Sequence record: DRR723986_7384
Length of the DNA: 64,000 bases
Strand: one strand, 5' to 3'
Shown one piece after another: positions 51,525 to 61,966 of the stretch (its first letter is position 1; every line of letters begins with the position of its first letter). The position numbers were made by a program, and so were the translations under genes. A model generated the notes under the pieces. The model was not told where the DNA came from, searched no databases, and saw only the letters and a list, made by a program, of their open reading frames with translations.

Positions 51525-52586
51525 ATGGATCGTATCGGCGTACTCTTACCCACTTGGATCGGTGATACGTGCATGGCAACGCCGATGATCCGCGCGCTCA
51601 GGAAGACTTTCCCAGACAGCCATTTGACGATTATTGGGCGGCCCATCCTTATCGAACTGCTTGCTGGAGCGACAGGGCCCAATGGCGGCAACCTGTTCGA
51701 CGCCGCAATTTCGTACAACAAGCGAGCTTCGTTTTCAAAGTTCAGCCTAGCGTTGCAGATGCGAAAACGACGTTTTGATTGCCTGCTGCTCGCCCCCAAT
51801 GCTTTCTGGGCCGCCGCGGCAGCCAAGATCTCACTAGCACGCCGCACAGTGGGTTACGGTCGAGACGGTCGCTCATGGCTACTGACTGATCCCGTTCCAG
51901 TTGGCCAGAGTAAGTCACAACCTCAGATCCAGGCATACCTTGGCCTGTCGCACTGGCTCGGTTGCGATCAACATGACAAGGAAATGCTTCTGGGTATTAC
52001 GCCGGATGAATTCGATTTAGCTGCACGGCTCTGGGAAAAGCTGGCATGGCGTGACGACTGCCCAACACTCGTGATCAACAACAACACAGCACTGGATCGG
52101 AGAAGAGTCTGGCCAGCAGACCGAGTCGAGGCATTGGCCAGGCATGCGGAAGAAAAGGGCTGGCAGGTGCTACTGCATTGCGGTCCAGGCGAACGAAACG
52201 CGGCCGACGCAATTGCGGGCAGAATAGGAAATGAGCGTGTCGCAAGCATGGGTGCAGCGGGAGAGCTGCCGATCGGATTGACCAAGGCAGTGTTGGATCG
52301 TGCTAACCTGGTCCTCACCTCCGACAGTGGGCCTCGACATATCGCCGCCGCGCTGGGACGTCCAGTAGTTAGCCTGTTCGGACCGACAGAACCGGTCGCC
52401 ACACAGACCTTCAATGCTCCCGAGACCCTGCTCCGACCCGAGGATGGGTCGGACAGTATGCAAGATATTTCGCTAGAGCGCGTCCTGGAAACGTTTGATC
52501 AGATCGCTCCTGGAATTTCGACGGACCCAACCGTCAAGCCTGATGGGCATCCCCAGCCTGACGGCCCAGAATTGAGAGCTTCTTAG
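51525..52586 (+). CDS. GT9 glycosyltransferase (WaaF-like heptosyltransferase)
   Basis: PTWIGD..MATP, DGRSWLLT, WP, TSDSGPRHIAAALGRPVVSLFGPT. Confidence 0.9.
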   Translation: MDRIGVLLPTWIGDTCMATPMIRALRKTFPDSHLTIIGRPILIELLAGATGPNGGNLFDAAISYNKRASFSKFSLALQMRKRRFDCLLLAPNAFWAAAAAKISLARRTVGYGRDGRSWLLTDPVPVGQSKSQPQIQAYLGLSHWLGCDQHDKEMLLGITPDEFDLAARLWEKLAWRDDCPTLVINNNTALDRRRVWPADRVEALARHAEEKGWQVLLHCGPGERNAADAIAGRIGNERVASMGAAGELPIGLTKAVLDRANLVLTSDSGPRHIAAALGRPVVSLFGPTEPVATQTFNAPETLLRPEDGSDSMQDISLERVLETFDQIAPGISTDPTVKPDGHPQPDGPELRAS

Positions 52587-52594
52587 GCCTGCCT

Positions 52595-53887
52595 CTAGGC
52601 GAGAATTTCCTTGATGGGCGTACCATCGTTGCAAATCCGGAAAGGTCTGCCATTGGGCGCATAAAACTCTTCGTCGAGTGGAAGCCCCATTGCGGTCGCA
52701 ATCGTCGCGTTTAGATCTTGCGGGTACACCGGATCGTCTTCTACACCATGCCCCTTGGCGTCACTGCTACCGTAGACGCTTCCGCCCTTGATGCCCGCGC
52801 CACACATCATGGCAGAGAACACGCCTGGGTGATGGTCACGCCCCGCGTTTTCGTTGATCTTTGGGGTTCGTCCAAATTCAGTTGTCAGCACAACCAAGAC
52901 CTCATCTAACAATCCCTTGCTGTGCAGGTCTTTGATCAAAGCTCCAACGGCGTTGTCTACATTGGATACCATGCCCGGCAAGCGTCCGTAGAGATTGTCA
53001 TGGTGATCCCACCCGCCATACTCAACCTCAACGAATCGCACACCCTTTTGCACCAAACGCCGCGCGAGCAGGCACCCCTGACCAATACGGTTCTCTCCGT
53101 AAAACTCTCTAACCGCGGGCTTTTCCTGCTTGATGTCAAACACTTTCAGCTCCGACGAACTCATCAGGCGGACAGCCTCCTTGTAGGTCTCGTCATACGC
53201 ATCGATCAAACTGGATTCGGTACTCGTTCGAAACTTTGCATCGAACTGCCGCGTGAGTGCCATTCGTTTGCGAAACTGATCTTCGGCAAGGTAGCTGGGG
53301 CCGGTTGTATTCTGCAAACCGCTGGCAGGGTTGCTGACCGGTACGGGAGAAATCGATGCTGGCAGGAATCCCGCTCCAGGATGCTGTGCCCCACCTCCGA
53401 CGGTAACGTTACCCGGCAAATTCCGATTGGCCTTGCCCAACACATGATTACTCCAAGCACCCATGCCGGGGTGGCGGATCGAGTTGAGCGGTTTATAACT
53501 CGTCCGCATCATGTATTCACCTTGCTCATGCGCACCGGTCTCGGTGGTCATGGAGCGGATTAGAGCAAGGCCGTTCATCAAATAAGCCAGCTTGGGCATC
53601 TTGTCGTTGATCGCTACGCCGGACAGACGAGTCTTGCCGGGCTGAGTTTCCCCCTGCGATTCGGTTCCCGGCTTGGGGTCGAAAGTGTCCAGGTGGCTCA
53701 TCGCGCCAGTCATGTACAGGTAAATGACGCTCTTAGCTTTACCCGGTGAAACGCCGTTGGCCGCCATCGCAACGGGCTCGAGGGCGCGTCCTGTGAGTGT
53801 CCCCGCGCATCCAACTCCGAGAAGAGTCTTGGCCGCATGCGCCATGAAGTTTCGGCGTGTCGGTTCTTGATGGTGCATCAGATGCAT
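52595..53887 (-). CDS. DUF1501 family Tat-exported protein
   Basis: TRRNFM, GAMSHLDTFDPKP, LARRLVQKGVRFVEV, GWDHH, EFGRTP, GRDH. Confidence 0.93.
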   Translation of the reverse strand: MHLMHHQEPTRRNFMAHAAKTLLGVGCAGTLTGRALEPVAMAANGVSPGKAKSVIYLYMTGAMSHLDTFDPKPGTESQGETQPGKTRLSGVAINDKMPKLAYLMNGLALIRSMTTETGAHEQGEYMMRTSYKPLNSIRHPGMGAWSNHVLGKANRNLPGNVTVGGGAQHPGAGFLPASISPVPVSNPASGLQNTTGPSYLAEDQFRKRMALTRQFDAKFRTSTESSLIDAYDETYKEAVRLMSSSELKVFDIKQEKPAVREFYGENRIGQGCLLARRLVQKGVRFVEVEYGGWDHHDNLYGRLPGMVSNVDNAVGALIKDLHSKGLLDEVLVVLTTEFGRTPKINENAGRDHHPGVFSAMMCGAGIKGGSVYGSSDAKGHGVEDDPVYPQDLNATIATAMGLPLDEEFYAPNGRPFRICNDGTPIKEILA

Positions 53888-53945
53888 CCTCGTTGTTCTT
53901 GTTTAGCGGACGGTCGTTTTCAAGCGGACAGAACGACGGTTTCAG

Positions 53946-55910
53946 TTACTGAATGAATAAGAATTCTCGGGTATTGATCAACGCCCAGACCACGTTGCCA
54001 TAGCCCATTGCGGTGTCGCCACGCCCCAATTCCTTCAGCCCGATTTCACGATCACGATTCGTGGGCTGACGATTTAGAATGGACAAGAACATGACGTCCA
54101 GCGCGCCTCGTGACGTTCTGGCTCGCAGCAAGTTGTCGTAAATCACCGACCCCTTCTCGAGCATCATGTGTGTAAACGGCCCATTGAACATCGTCAAGAT
54201 TTGTGGAACCGTTGGGTCTGTGCTATCACCTTCGATCGTCTCGCGGTCGCCTTGTCCAAACTGGCGGAGAAAGTGATCGGGAGGAAGCGGCGACGGGAGC
54301 TCTGATGCACGAATCAGTGCTTGGCGACGATACCCGACTGCTTTGTTCAGTAGTTTATTTCTAGCACCGGGGCTCACCTTTTCGTCAAACGTCTCCTTCT
54401 TCGCCTCAAGCTCGGAAGCAGAAACCTTGGCAAGATCAACATCGACGACTGAAGCCATCTCGTCGGTACTCGGCAACTCGGCTGCCATCGGGTTGTAGAT
54501 CGCAATCGTCAGCACAGAATCCCAGACTTGTTCCGCAGTCATCCGGCGAAGCCGTGGGCCTGGGTAGTAATAAAACTCGGACTCAGATGGATCGAAATCA
54601 CTCGACTTCCGATGATACGTTTTGGTGAAGTAAAGTGTCCTCAGGAATTCTCGCTGGTTGAACTTCAGCCGAATCATTTCCTTGGTCAGGAAGTCGAGAA
54701 GTTCGGGATTCTGGCATGGGGAATCGTCCTTGATATCGTCAATTGGCTCAATCAGACCAACACCGAACACCTTCTTAAACAACCGATTGGCAATAGTCTT
54801 CGCGAACAACGGATTGTTCGGAGCGGTCAGCCAGGCGGCATAGGCCTCGCGAGGCGATTTGTCTGCGGCTGCCTTAGGGATTTCACTCCACAGCACTTTA
54901 GCCTTCACTTTTTCGTTTGGCTTTCCATCACTGTACTGGTAATCATGCGGCAGCTTGAGAACACGCTTGGCATTGAACGAAACGTTATGCAAATTAGCTT
55001 GTGCAAGCAGATTCGCCGAACCGGGGAGCCGAGACTCGCCGGACATGTCCTTGAATTCCTTCTTAAGCCGTTCGATGGGGTTGCCGTCTTTAAAAGCCGG
55101 CGTTCCACCTCCGTCACGTGTTCGCGTTCCATGAGTGAATGCCGCCAACTGGTAGAACTCTTTCTGAGTCCACTTGTCAAAGGGATGATCGTGACACTGA
55201 GCACATCCAATCTGGGTGCCTAGGAATACTCGCACGGTGTTATCGACGTGCACTAGAGGCATTCCATTGTCACGCATCGTGTAGCCAACCGCGGGCGACT
55301 CCCAGACTTTCCCTTCCGCGGTAAGCATCTCGTAAACCCATTTATCGTAGGGCCGATTCACGCGGATCTGATCCTTGACCCAATCCTTATACGGATAGGC
55401 AAGAATGTTGTTGGACGGACGATCCTTGATGCGAAGAATCGACGCCCAGTAGTTGTACATATGGCTAACGTGACCATAGCTACTAAGAAGAGTGTCGATC
55501 AGCCGCTCGCGTTTGTCGGACGCTTTGTCGGCTTTGAAAGCAAGCGTTTGCTGGAGCGTCGGAATGGTTCCTGCGATATCCAGGTAAGCTCGACGCACAA
55601 AAGTAAAGTCGTCGGCCATCGCGTTCGGCGCACCGCCTTGCTCGGAGAGCTTTGCTTCGATCAGAGCATCGATACGCTGCGCGGCCGATTTGCGATCAGC
55701 CGTACTACCAGACTCAACAGGAGTCACACGCGGCTTCCCTTGCGGAGCCGTCTTTACAGCTTCAGGCAAACCGTAGCCCTTGAACTTCTGACTTGGCAGC
55801 TTCTTTTTCTTCCCTTTCTGAGCCAATACGGGAGCCGCGGGAACAGCAAATAGAGCGATCAAGATGATTCGCAGGATCCTGGAGCCTTGTAAAATCTCAA
55901 GGAAGTTCAT
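53946..55910 (-). CDS. DUF1549/DUF1553 planctomycete protein
   Basis: FVRRAYLDIAGTIPT, IGCAQCHDHP, ANRLFKKVFGVGL, WALINTREF; canonical pairing with the downstream DUF1501 gene. Confidence 0.92.
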   Translation of the reverse strand: MNFLEILQGSRILRIILIALFAVPAAPVLAQKGKKKKLPSQKFKGYGLPEAVKTAPQGKPRVTPVESGSTADRKSAAQRIDALIEAKLSEQGGAPNAMADDFTFVRRAYLDIAGTIPTLQQTLAFKADKASDKRERLIDTLLSSYGHVSHMYNYWASILRIKDRPSNNILAYPYKDWVKDQIRVNRPYDKWVYEMLTAEGKVWESPAVGYTMRDNGMPLVHVDNTVRVFLGTQIGCAQCHDHPFDKWTQKEFYQLAAFTHGTRTRDGGGTPAFKDGNPIERLKKEFKDMSGESRLPGSANLLAQANLHNVSFNAKRVLKLPHDYQYSDGKPNEKVKAKVLWSEIPKAAADKSPREAYAAWLTAPNNPLFAKTIANRLFKKVFGVGLIEPIDDIKDDSPCQNPELLDFLTKEMIRLKFNQREFLRTLYFTKTYHRKSSDFDPSESEFYYYPGPRLRRMTAEQVWDSVLTIAIYNPMAAELPSTDEMASVVDVDLAKVSASELEAKKETFDEKVSPGARNKLLNKAVGYRRQALIRASELPSPLPPDHFLRQFGQGDRETIEGDSTDPTVPQILTMFNGPFTHMMLEKGSVIYDNLLRARTSRGALDVMFLSILNRQPTNRDREIGLKELGRGDTAMGYGNVVWALINTREFLFIQ

Positions 55911-56277
55911 GCATTAGTCCTCGCCGGAAAAGCCATCGAACGCGTTTCACCCACCGAACTGGAGTTCAGCAAGCACGCAGTCGCTTCTCGCCCTTGGCCC
56001 TGCCAAGTAACGAGCAGACACAACTCAGCCAGTGAATTTGAAGAAAAGAGATAAGCGAAAGTTTGGAAAAGACGGTCGAAAGCATCAACCGCGGCGACGT
56101 CGCGTGCCAAGGCCGCGCGTATCCCGCCTATCATAAAGCGTAACCGCCAAGTGCAATGTACTCAACGTTCATACGCTCTTTACGCGCATTCTGACGCCAA
56201 TGACATGCAACTTAAGGTCAAAATCCCAACCATTGTGGTTTCCCCATGCCCAATTCCTAACACGCTGAGAGCTCAAC

Positions 56278-56991
56278 ATGAAGCCCGTCGTGCAGATTTC
56301 ACTTGACGTAACAACGCTCAAAGAGGCGATCGAGACTGCAGAGCTCGCACTACGAGCTGGAGTCGATTGGCTCGAAGCCGGAACGCCGCTCATTTTGGCA
56401 GAAGGGCTGCACTGCGTCCGCGAGCTTCGAGCGCGATTCCCGGACACACCAATCGTGGCCGATCTGAAAACCATGGACGGCGGATACTTAGAAGCCGAAA
56501 TGATGGCCAAGGCTGGTGCCAATTATGTCGTCGTGATGGCACGTGCTCACGCCGAGACCATCAAAGTCGTCTGTAAAGCCGGCCGGGACTATGGCATTGG
56601 AGTCATGGGCGACAACTTGGGCTGCCCGAACATGGTCGACGGCGCCAAGCTACTGGAGGAGCACGGCTGTGACTTCATCATTCACCACATCGGCTACGAC
56701 GAACGACGAGGAATCGCTGCATTGGGGAAAGTCGCCCCGAGTCCGCTCGACCAACTGAAACAAGTCGTCGATTCGGTGAGCATACCAGTACAAGCCGTTG
56801 GCGGGTTGAGTATCGAACAAGCGATTGAATCACCCAAGTTCGGAGCACCCTCCGTAGTCATTGGAGCTCCCCTGGCGATCAATCCAGATCGCTTCGAAGC
56901 AGCAGGCGGAGACCTTGAACAAGTGCTTCGAACGATTTGCGACGAAGTTCATGCCCATGGGGACGTCCCCGTTGCCCCTGCGACGAGCTAG
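56278..56991 (+). CDS. HUMPS/KGPDC family (OMP decarboxylase suprafamily) enzyme
   Basis: VQISLD, WLEAGTPL, VADLKTMDGG, HIGYD, AVGG. Confidence 0.88.
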   Translation: MKPVVQISLDVTTLKEAIETAELALRAGVDWLEAGTPLILAEGLHCVRELRARFPDTPIVADLKTMDGGYLEAEMMAKAGANYVVVMARAHAETIKVVCKAGRDYGIGVMGDNLGCPNMVDGAKLLEEHGCDFIIHHIGYDERRGIAALGKVAPSPLDQLKQVVDSVSIPVQAVGGLSIEQAIESPKFGAPSVVIGAPLAINPDRFEAAGGDLEQVLRTICDEVHAHGDVPVAPATS

Positions 56992-57023
56992 CATGAGTCG
57001 CGCACGGCTTCTCGGGTTTCCGG

Positions 57024-57671
57024 CTATACGGGCAGTGCTGGTTCAGTACGGATTTCCCCACCCCTTAGATGAAAACACTTGTCAGCCAACAGTTTCGCTT
57101 CAGCGGCCGAGTGTGTCACGTGCAAAACCGTTCTATCATCTCGTTTCAGATTCCGTAGCAGTTCTGATATCTCTTCACGAGTCGCCTCATCAAGAGCGCT
57201 TAGCGGCTCATCCAACAGCAATACACTCGGTTCAAAAGCAAGCGCCCGCCCAAGTGCAACCCTTTGCTTCTCACCACCACTTAACGCCGACGGCCCACGC
57301 TTGAGCAAATGCTCAAGGCCAAGCTGATCGGCAAGCTGTGCAACACGATCGTCAATTTCGGAGCGCCGCAGTTTGCGCAGTCGCAGCGCGAAAGCAAGGT
57401 GTTCACGAACACTCAATCCCGGGAAAAGAGCCAGGTCTTGCGGAACGTAGCCGATACCACGCCCTGAAACAGGCGTCCCTGTAACGTCTTCCTGATCGAG
57501 TACAACGCGACCACTATTTGGTCGCCTCAACCCACAAATCGTCTCCAGGATCGTCGTCTTTCCGCTACCCGTCTTGCCCATCAGCACGGCATAGGAGCCT
57601 GACGGCACCTCGAACGAAACGTTCAGTTTCGTACTTCCAGCCTGAATCGACAACGCCTCTAACTGGATCAT
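57024..57671 (-). CDS. modC: ABC ATP-binding protein, molybdate/tungstate type
   Basis: GKTGSGKT, GYVPQDLALFP, LSGGEKQRVALGRAL, LDEP, VTH; overlaps the modB stop. Confidence 0.8.
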   Translation of the reverse strand: MIQLEALSIQAGSTKLNVSFEVPSGSYAVLMGKTGSGKTTILETICGLRRPNSGRVVLDQEDVTGTPVSGRGIGYVPQDLALFPGLSVREHLAFALRLRKLRRSEIDDRVAQLADQLGLEHLLKRGPSALSGGEKQRVALGRALAFEPSVLLLDEPLSALDEATREEISELLRNLKRDDRTVLHVTHSAAEAKLLADKCFHLRGGEIRTEPALPV

Positions 57672-58492
57672 GCCTGCCCCCTTACCCAGTGACCGACAAG
57701 CCGAAGAAAGAGCAAGACCACTGCTGCCAGAACAACCATTAACATCGCAACCGCCACCGCAGCTTGCAGGTTTCCAACGCTCAGTTCAAGGTACACACTC
57801 GTAGATAGAACCTCAGTTCTCATTCGTGTCGAACCTGCAAAGACTAAGATCGGCCCAAATTCTCCCAAAGACCTAGCCCACGCAAGTGCACCTGCGGCGA
57901 CAACCGCCCGCCAAGCCTGAGGTAGTGCGACTCTTGCGAAAGCTTGCCCACGGGAGCATCCCAGCGTTCTCGCGATCGCTTCCGGCCGAGCGTCAATCTG
58001 CTCAAACGCAACCCGCATTGTCCGAACAGCAAAAGCACAGGCTACGCTGAATTGTGCGAGCACCACCGCAGGCCAGTGATAAGTAATACGGATGCTGAGC
58101 ACGCCACTGATCCACTGTTCCACTCGCCACTCGCCAACACGAATGTGAAACAGAATCAACAGACTCAGCCCAATCACCAGGGGCGGCAGGACAATTGGAA
58201 TGTCGACCAGGAAATCAACGACGCGAAATCCAGGAAAGCGAAACCGTGCCAGAAGGTAGCCTAGCGGGACCGCGACCCACAGAGACAAAATGGCCGACAC
58301 TGTGCAAGACAGAAGGGTGAGGCGAATGGATGCACGAATCTCAGGCCTTGAGATCGCGTCACGCAGCGCGTCAATACTCAGCAGCGAGACATCTGCAACC
58401 AGCAGCAGCAGCACCAAGCCGACAAAGCAGGACGAAAGTCCGCCTGCGATCAGGAAGAATATCGCATCCCCGGGTGCTTTGTGCTTCGGCAT
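57668..58492 (-). CDS. modB: Molybdate ABC permease
   Basis: DIPIVLPPLVIG, ARTLG, AWARSLGEFG. Confidence 0.85.
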   Translation of the reverse strand: MPKHKAPGDAIFFLIAGGLSSCFVGLVLLLLVADVSLLSIDALRDAISRPEIRASIRLTLLSCTVSAILSLWVAVPLGYLLARFRFPGFRVVDFLVDIPIVLPPLVIGLSLLILFHIRVGEWRVEQWISGVLSIRITYHWPAVVLAQFSVACAFAVRTMRVAFEQIDARPEAIARTLGCSRGQAFARVALPQAWRAVVAAGALAWARSLGEFGPILVFAGSTRMRTEVLSTSVYLELSVGNLQAAVAVAMLMVVLAAVVLLFLRLVGHWVRGQA

Positions 58493-58769
58493 TAATGGTC
58501 TGTACGTTCAACGAGTCACCAAGCAGTTCAGCAAAAGGGCAATCCCACGATCATGGATCAAACCTTCTGCTACACACAACAGTCTGCATTGTAGCAGGGC
58601 GTGCGATGTTGCCGGGGCGCTACAGCTCCCACGATAGAAAAGCACCGCCGCATGCACACCCCACAAGGCACAACAAACAACTGCACTCAACCCATGCTTT
58701 CCGCAGAAGACTGATTGTGGGGCGCTGCGTCCCGGCCAGCAATCGCTCTTCTCCGCGCCTACCGAGCCA

Positions 58770-60353
58770 CTAGGCCTTGGAGTCTTCGTAAGTGCGACTG
58801 CCGTCACCAGCTTCACCACGGGCGCCGAGGGCGATGCTGTAAAGCTGCTGACCATGCTCGGTTGGATAGTCTCCAGTGATGCAGGCCTGGCAGAGTTGGT
58901 TGTCGCTCAAGCCTATCGCTCGCGAAATTGAATCGATCGGGAGATACCGCAATGAATCGCAGCCAAGCGTTGAGGCCATCCGGCGTTGGCTCTCGTCGGT
59001 CAGCTTGCCGTCATCCAAGAACTTTGGCGCGAACAATTCGTCGATCGTCGACATGTCAATTCCGTAAAAACACGGAGCGACAATTGGTGGGCAAGCGACG
59101 CGAACATGGATTTCTTTGGCGCCACCAAGTTCCCGGATTCGGCCTAACAGCACCTTCATGGTTGTGCTTCGGACAATTGAATCCTCGACCAAGAACACTC
59201 GCTTGCCTTCGAGTACTTCACGCAGCGGAGTGTATTTGCTGGACGCTTTCGCTTTCCTTGCTCGCCCGCCTTCGATAAAGGTTCGACCGCTATAACGATT
59301 ACGGATTAGTCCCTCACGACTTGGAATCCCCAATTCGTACGCCATCGCGTCAGCAGCCGCCTTGCTTGTATCCGGAACTGGCACAACGATCGTATCGTTA
59401 TCCAGCGGAACGCTGCCGTCGGCGATCTCCATACGAGCGAGCTCTTCACCCAGTCGCGTTCGCGACAGGTACACGCTCTTTTCATCGAGAGTACTGGCTA
59501 CATTGGCAAAGTAAACCCACTCAAAGAAGCAGTGGGCTGTTCGATTGAGCTTTGCAAACTCCTTCACCTTCACGCCGTCGGGACGGACAACAATCAAGTG
59601 CCCAGGCAGCAATGAACGAATACTCTCGGGCTGAAAACCGAGATTAAGAAGCGCGACGGACTCACTCGCGGCTGCAAACATCTGGCCCTCGAGGGCGTAG
59701 CACATCGGCTTGATACCCAACGGATCTCTGGCAAGCAGCAGCTCACCTCGGGCGTTCAAGAACGCGAGGCTGTAAGCCCCGTCGAACTGGCTGGCCACCT
59801 TCGTGAAGACTTCGGCGATGTCTCGGCCCTTGCCCGTCGAGAGTTCACGACCGAGTTCATGCATGATTATTTCGGTGTCGGTGTCTCGTGCTAAGTGGTG
59901 CTCCCCTTCGCGGAGCAGCTTCGATCGCAAGCTCGAGTAGTTGGCTAGCTGGCCGTTGAAGCAGAAGCTAAACCATTTGTGTTTGTGGATGTGCTCGCGC
60001 TCAAACGGCTGGGCGTAGTTTCGATCGTCCTTGCCACAAGTCGCGTATCGAACATGCCCAATCGCAGCTCGACCGGCATAGTCGTTCATGAGTGCTGCGT
60101 ATTTTCCGCGATGCGACATCCGGAAGACTTCCGCAACCGTCCCGATATCCTTCATGGTATCGAGCAGGTTCGATCGCTCTGACGAAAAAGTCGTCATGCC
60201 AGCGGAGAGCTGGCCGCGATTCTGAATGTCCTGCAGCATCCGCGGCAGCAGCCGAGAAACTTCCGTTGGTCCTTCATCAGTGCAAAGCGGACTTGCGTCA
60301 CCATTTAAGTGGTAGATCGCCGCCACACCACATTCGTGATGCAATTCACTCAT
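58770..60353 (-). CDS. purF: Amidophosphoribosyltransferase
   Basis: Propeptide [58 protein letters not shown] (Fe-S type). Confidence 0.96.
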   Translation of the reverse strand: MSELHHECGVAAIYHLNGDASPLCTDEGPTEVSRLLPRMLQDIQNRGQLSAGMTTFSSERSNLLDTMKDIGTVAEVFRMSHRGKYAALMNDYAGRAAIGHVRYATCGKDDRNYAQPFEREHIHKHKWFSFCFNGQLANYSSLRSKLLREGEHHLARDTDTEIIMHELGRELSTGKGRDIAEVFTKVASQFDGAYSLAFLNARGELLLARDPLGIKPMCYALEGQMFAAASESVALLNLGFQPESIRSLLPGHLIVVRPDGVKVKEFAKLNRTAHCFFEWVYFANVASTLDEKSVYLSRTRLGEELARMEIADGSVPLDNDTIVVPVPDTSKAAADAMAYELGIPSREGLIRNRYSGRTFIEGGRARKAKASSKYTPLREVLEGKRVFLVEDSIVRSTTMKVLLGRIRELGGAKEIHVRVACPPIVAPCFYGIDMSTIDELFAPKFLDDGKLTDESQRRMASTLGCDSLRYLPIDSISRAIGLSDNQLCQACITGDYPTEHGQQLYSIALGARGEAGDGSRTYEDSKA

Positions 60354-60757
60354 AAGATAGGAGTTCCCTTGATCAGCTTCGCCATTTCGGCATCGAAGCA
60401 GGGCTTTGAGATGTGCGAGAGTTCCTCTGCCAGAGTCCTTCACCGACTCTTCACAAACAGTGTAGCTAGCCAACATGTTTGAGCAAACGACCAATCGTGA
60501 TGATTCTCACGAACAGACGTAATTCTCTCGCAGGTTGCCGGTTTCATCCGTCTTTCGAGCCACCCGGTCGATTGGCACCACTTTTTCGAGCTGCCGTTTC
60601 CGGCTCAATGGCTGCTCGACCAGGCAGCTAGGGTCGCCCAGGCGGCGTTCGTTCGTACAATCGTGCATCACTTCGGTAGAGGCTCCTGTGGTAATTGCGG
60701 TGCCCGCACGCTGCAGGCACCTGGCGTGGATTTCTCGGATTGAAAGTAAATTGCCCG

Positions 60758-61894
60758 ATGTCGCAAGAATCTCGTAAAAGCTTGCTGGGCGTGGACACTG
60801 TCGTGGTCAAGATCGGCTCACGTGTCCTGACAGGTCCCGACGGAACCCTCGATGTCGAACAAGTCGGCAGTTTCTCGCGGCAGATTGCCCGCTTGGCCAA
60901 GACCGGCAAACAGGTCGTTTTAGTAAGTAGTGGTGCAGTAGCTGCAGGCATGGGACAACTGGGCCTGGCCGCCCGCCCGAAATCACTCGCTCAGTTGCAA
61001 GCGGTTGCTGCAGTGGGCCAGGCGCTGCTCATTCAGTTCTATGAAAGCTTCCTTTCCTCCCACGGATTTCACGCCGCTCAAATTCTACTGACGGCAGACG
61101 ACCTGGATGACCGCCGCCGGTATTTGAACGTCCGCAACACGCTTCGCGAATCACTGCGACTTGGCGTGGTGCCAATTATCAACGAAAACGATTCAGTGGC
61201 TGTTGACGAATTGCAAACGACTTTCGGTGACAACGACCGACTGGCCGCAAGCGTTGCAGGTGTGATCGGAAAGGGCGCGCTGTTGATACTAAGTGACGTG
61301 GAAGGAGTCTACGATCGCGATCCACGCCAACCAGATGCGACGATCATTTCACAGATTGCACACGTCGACTCAACCACATTAGAGCTGGCCTCCGGTGGAA
61401 CATCCAGTGTCGGCAAGGGCGGGATGGAAAGCAAACTGCGAGCGGCCAGCATTGCATCGCGTAGCGGAATACCAGCCGTCATCGCCGGCGGTCGTGTTGA
61501 CGATGCGATTGTTCGCATCATGACCAATGGTGAACCCTTAGGAACCTACTTCCCGCCTGACAAGCAAAGCCTCGCGCCACGAAAACGATGGATTGAAGCT
61601 TCCCAGGCCTTTGGCACTATCCAAGTCGACGCCGGTGCCGCCCGGGCGCTTGGCAACGAAGGCTCCAGCTTGCTGGCCATCGGAATCACCGGTGTAACTG
61701 GCAGCTTCGCATGTGGAGATGTAGTCGCAATCACGGGACCAGGTGGAGTCGAAGTTGGACGCGGTCTGACGAATTTCAGCTCCGACGAAGTAGGCAGAAT
61801 CTGCGGATTACAATCTTCCGAGATTGAACAAGAACTGGGCCACAGCACATACGACGAAGTCATTCATCGGGACAACATGTCCGTTTCTCAGTGA
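60758..61894 (+). CDS. proB: Glutamate 5-kinase with PUA domain
   Basis: VVKIGS, VSSGAVAAG, INENDSV, FGDND, GGMESK, VIHRDN. Confidence 0.96.
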   Translation: MSQESRKSLLGVDTVVVKIGSRVLTGPDGTLDVEQVGSFSRQIARLAKTGKQVVLVSSGAVAAGMGQLGLAARPKSLAQLQAVAAVGQALLIQFYESFLSSHGFHAAQILLTADDLDDRRRYLNVRNTLRESLRLGVVPIINENDSVAVDELQTTFGDNDRLAASVAGVIGKGALLILSDVEGVYDRDPRQPDATIISQIAHVDSTTLELASGGTSSVGKGGMESKLRAASIASRSGIPAVIAGGRVDDAIVRIMTNGEPLGTYFPPDKQSLAPRKRWIEASQAFGTIQVDAGAARALGNEGSSLLAIGITGVTGSFACGDVVAITGPGGVEVGRGLTNFSSDEVGRICGLQSSEIEQELGHSTYDEVIHRDNMSVSQ

Positions 61895-61921
61895 CATTCC
61901 TGCAAAGCAGCGACCACATAT

Positions 61922-61966
61922 TACGAGACCGTATACTACGAGACCGTATGCTACGAAACCGTGACA
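61922..61966. repeat. 15-bp tandem repeat, about 3 copies
   Basis: TACGAGACCGTATAC / TACGAGACCGTATGC / TACGAAACCGTGACA. The third copy is the 3' end of the minus-strand enolase-family gene. Confidence 0.85.

Noticed and set aside
58508-58855. 115-aa minus ORF as a modA remnant
   Set aside because: It overlaps the purF end, has atypical composition and shows no substrate-binding protein motifs.
60630-60740. Possible ZTP (pfl) riboswitch upstream of purF (minus strand has CCACAGGAGC and GCCGCCTGGGC)
   Set aside because: The required 5' GACTGGCG and the GTGG strand pairing with CCAC are absent, so only fragments match. An Infernal search would settle it.
7283-61966. CRISPR array
   Set aside because: The only repeats are 15-bp head-to-tail units without spacers, and no cas genes are present.
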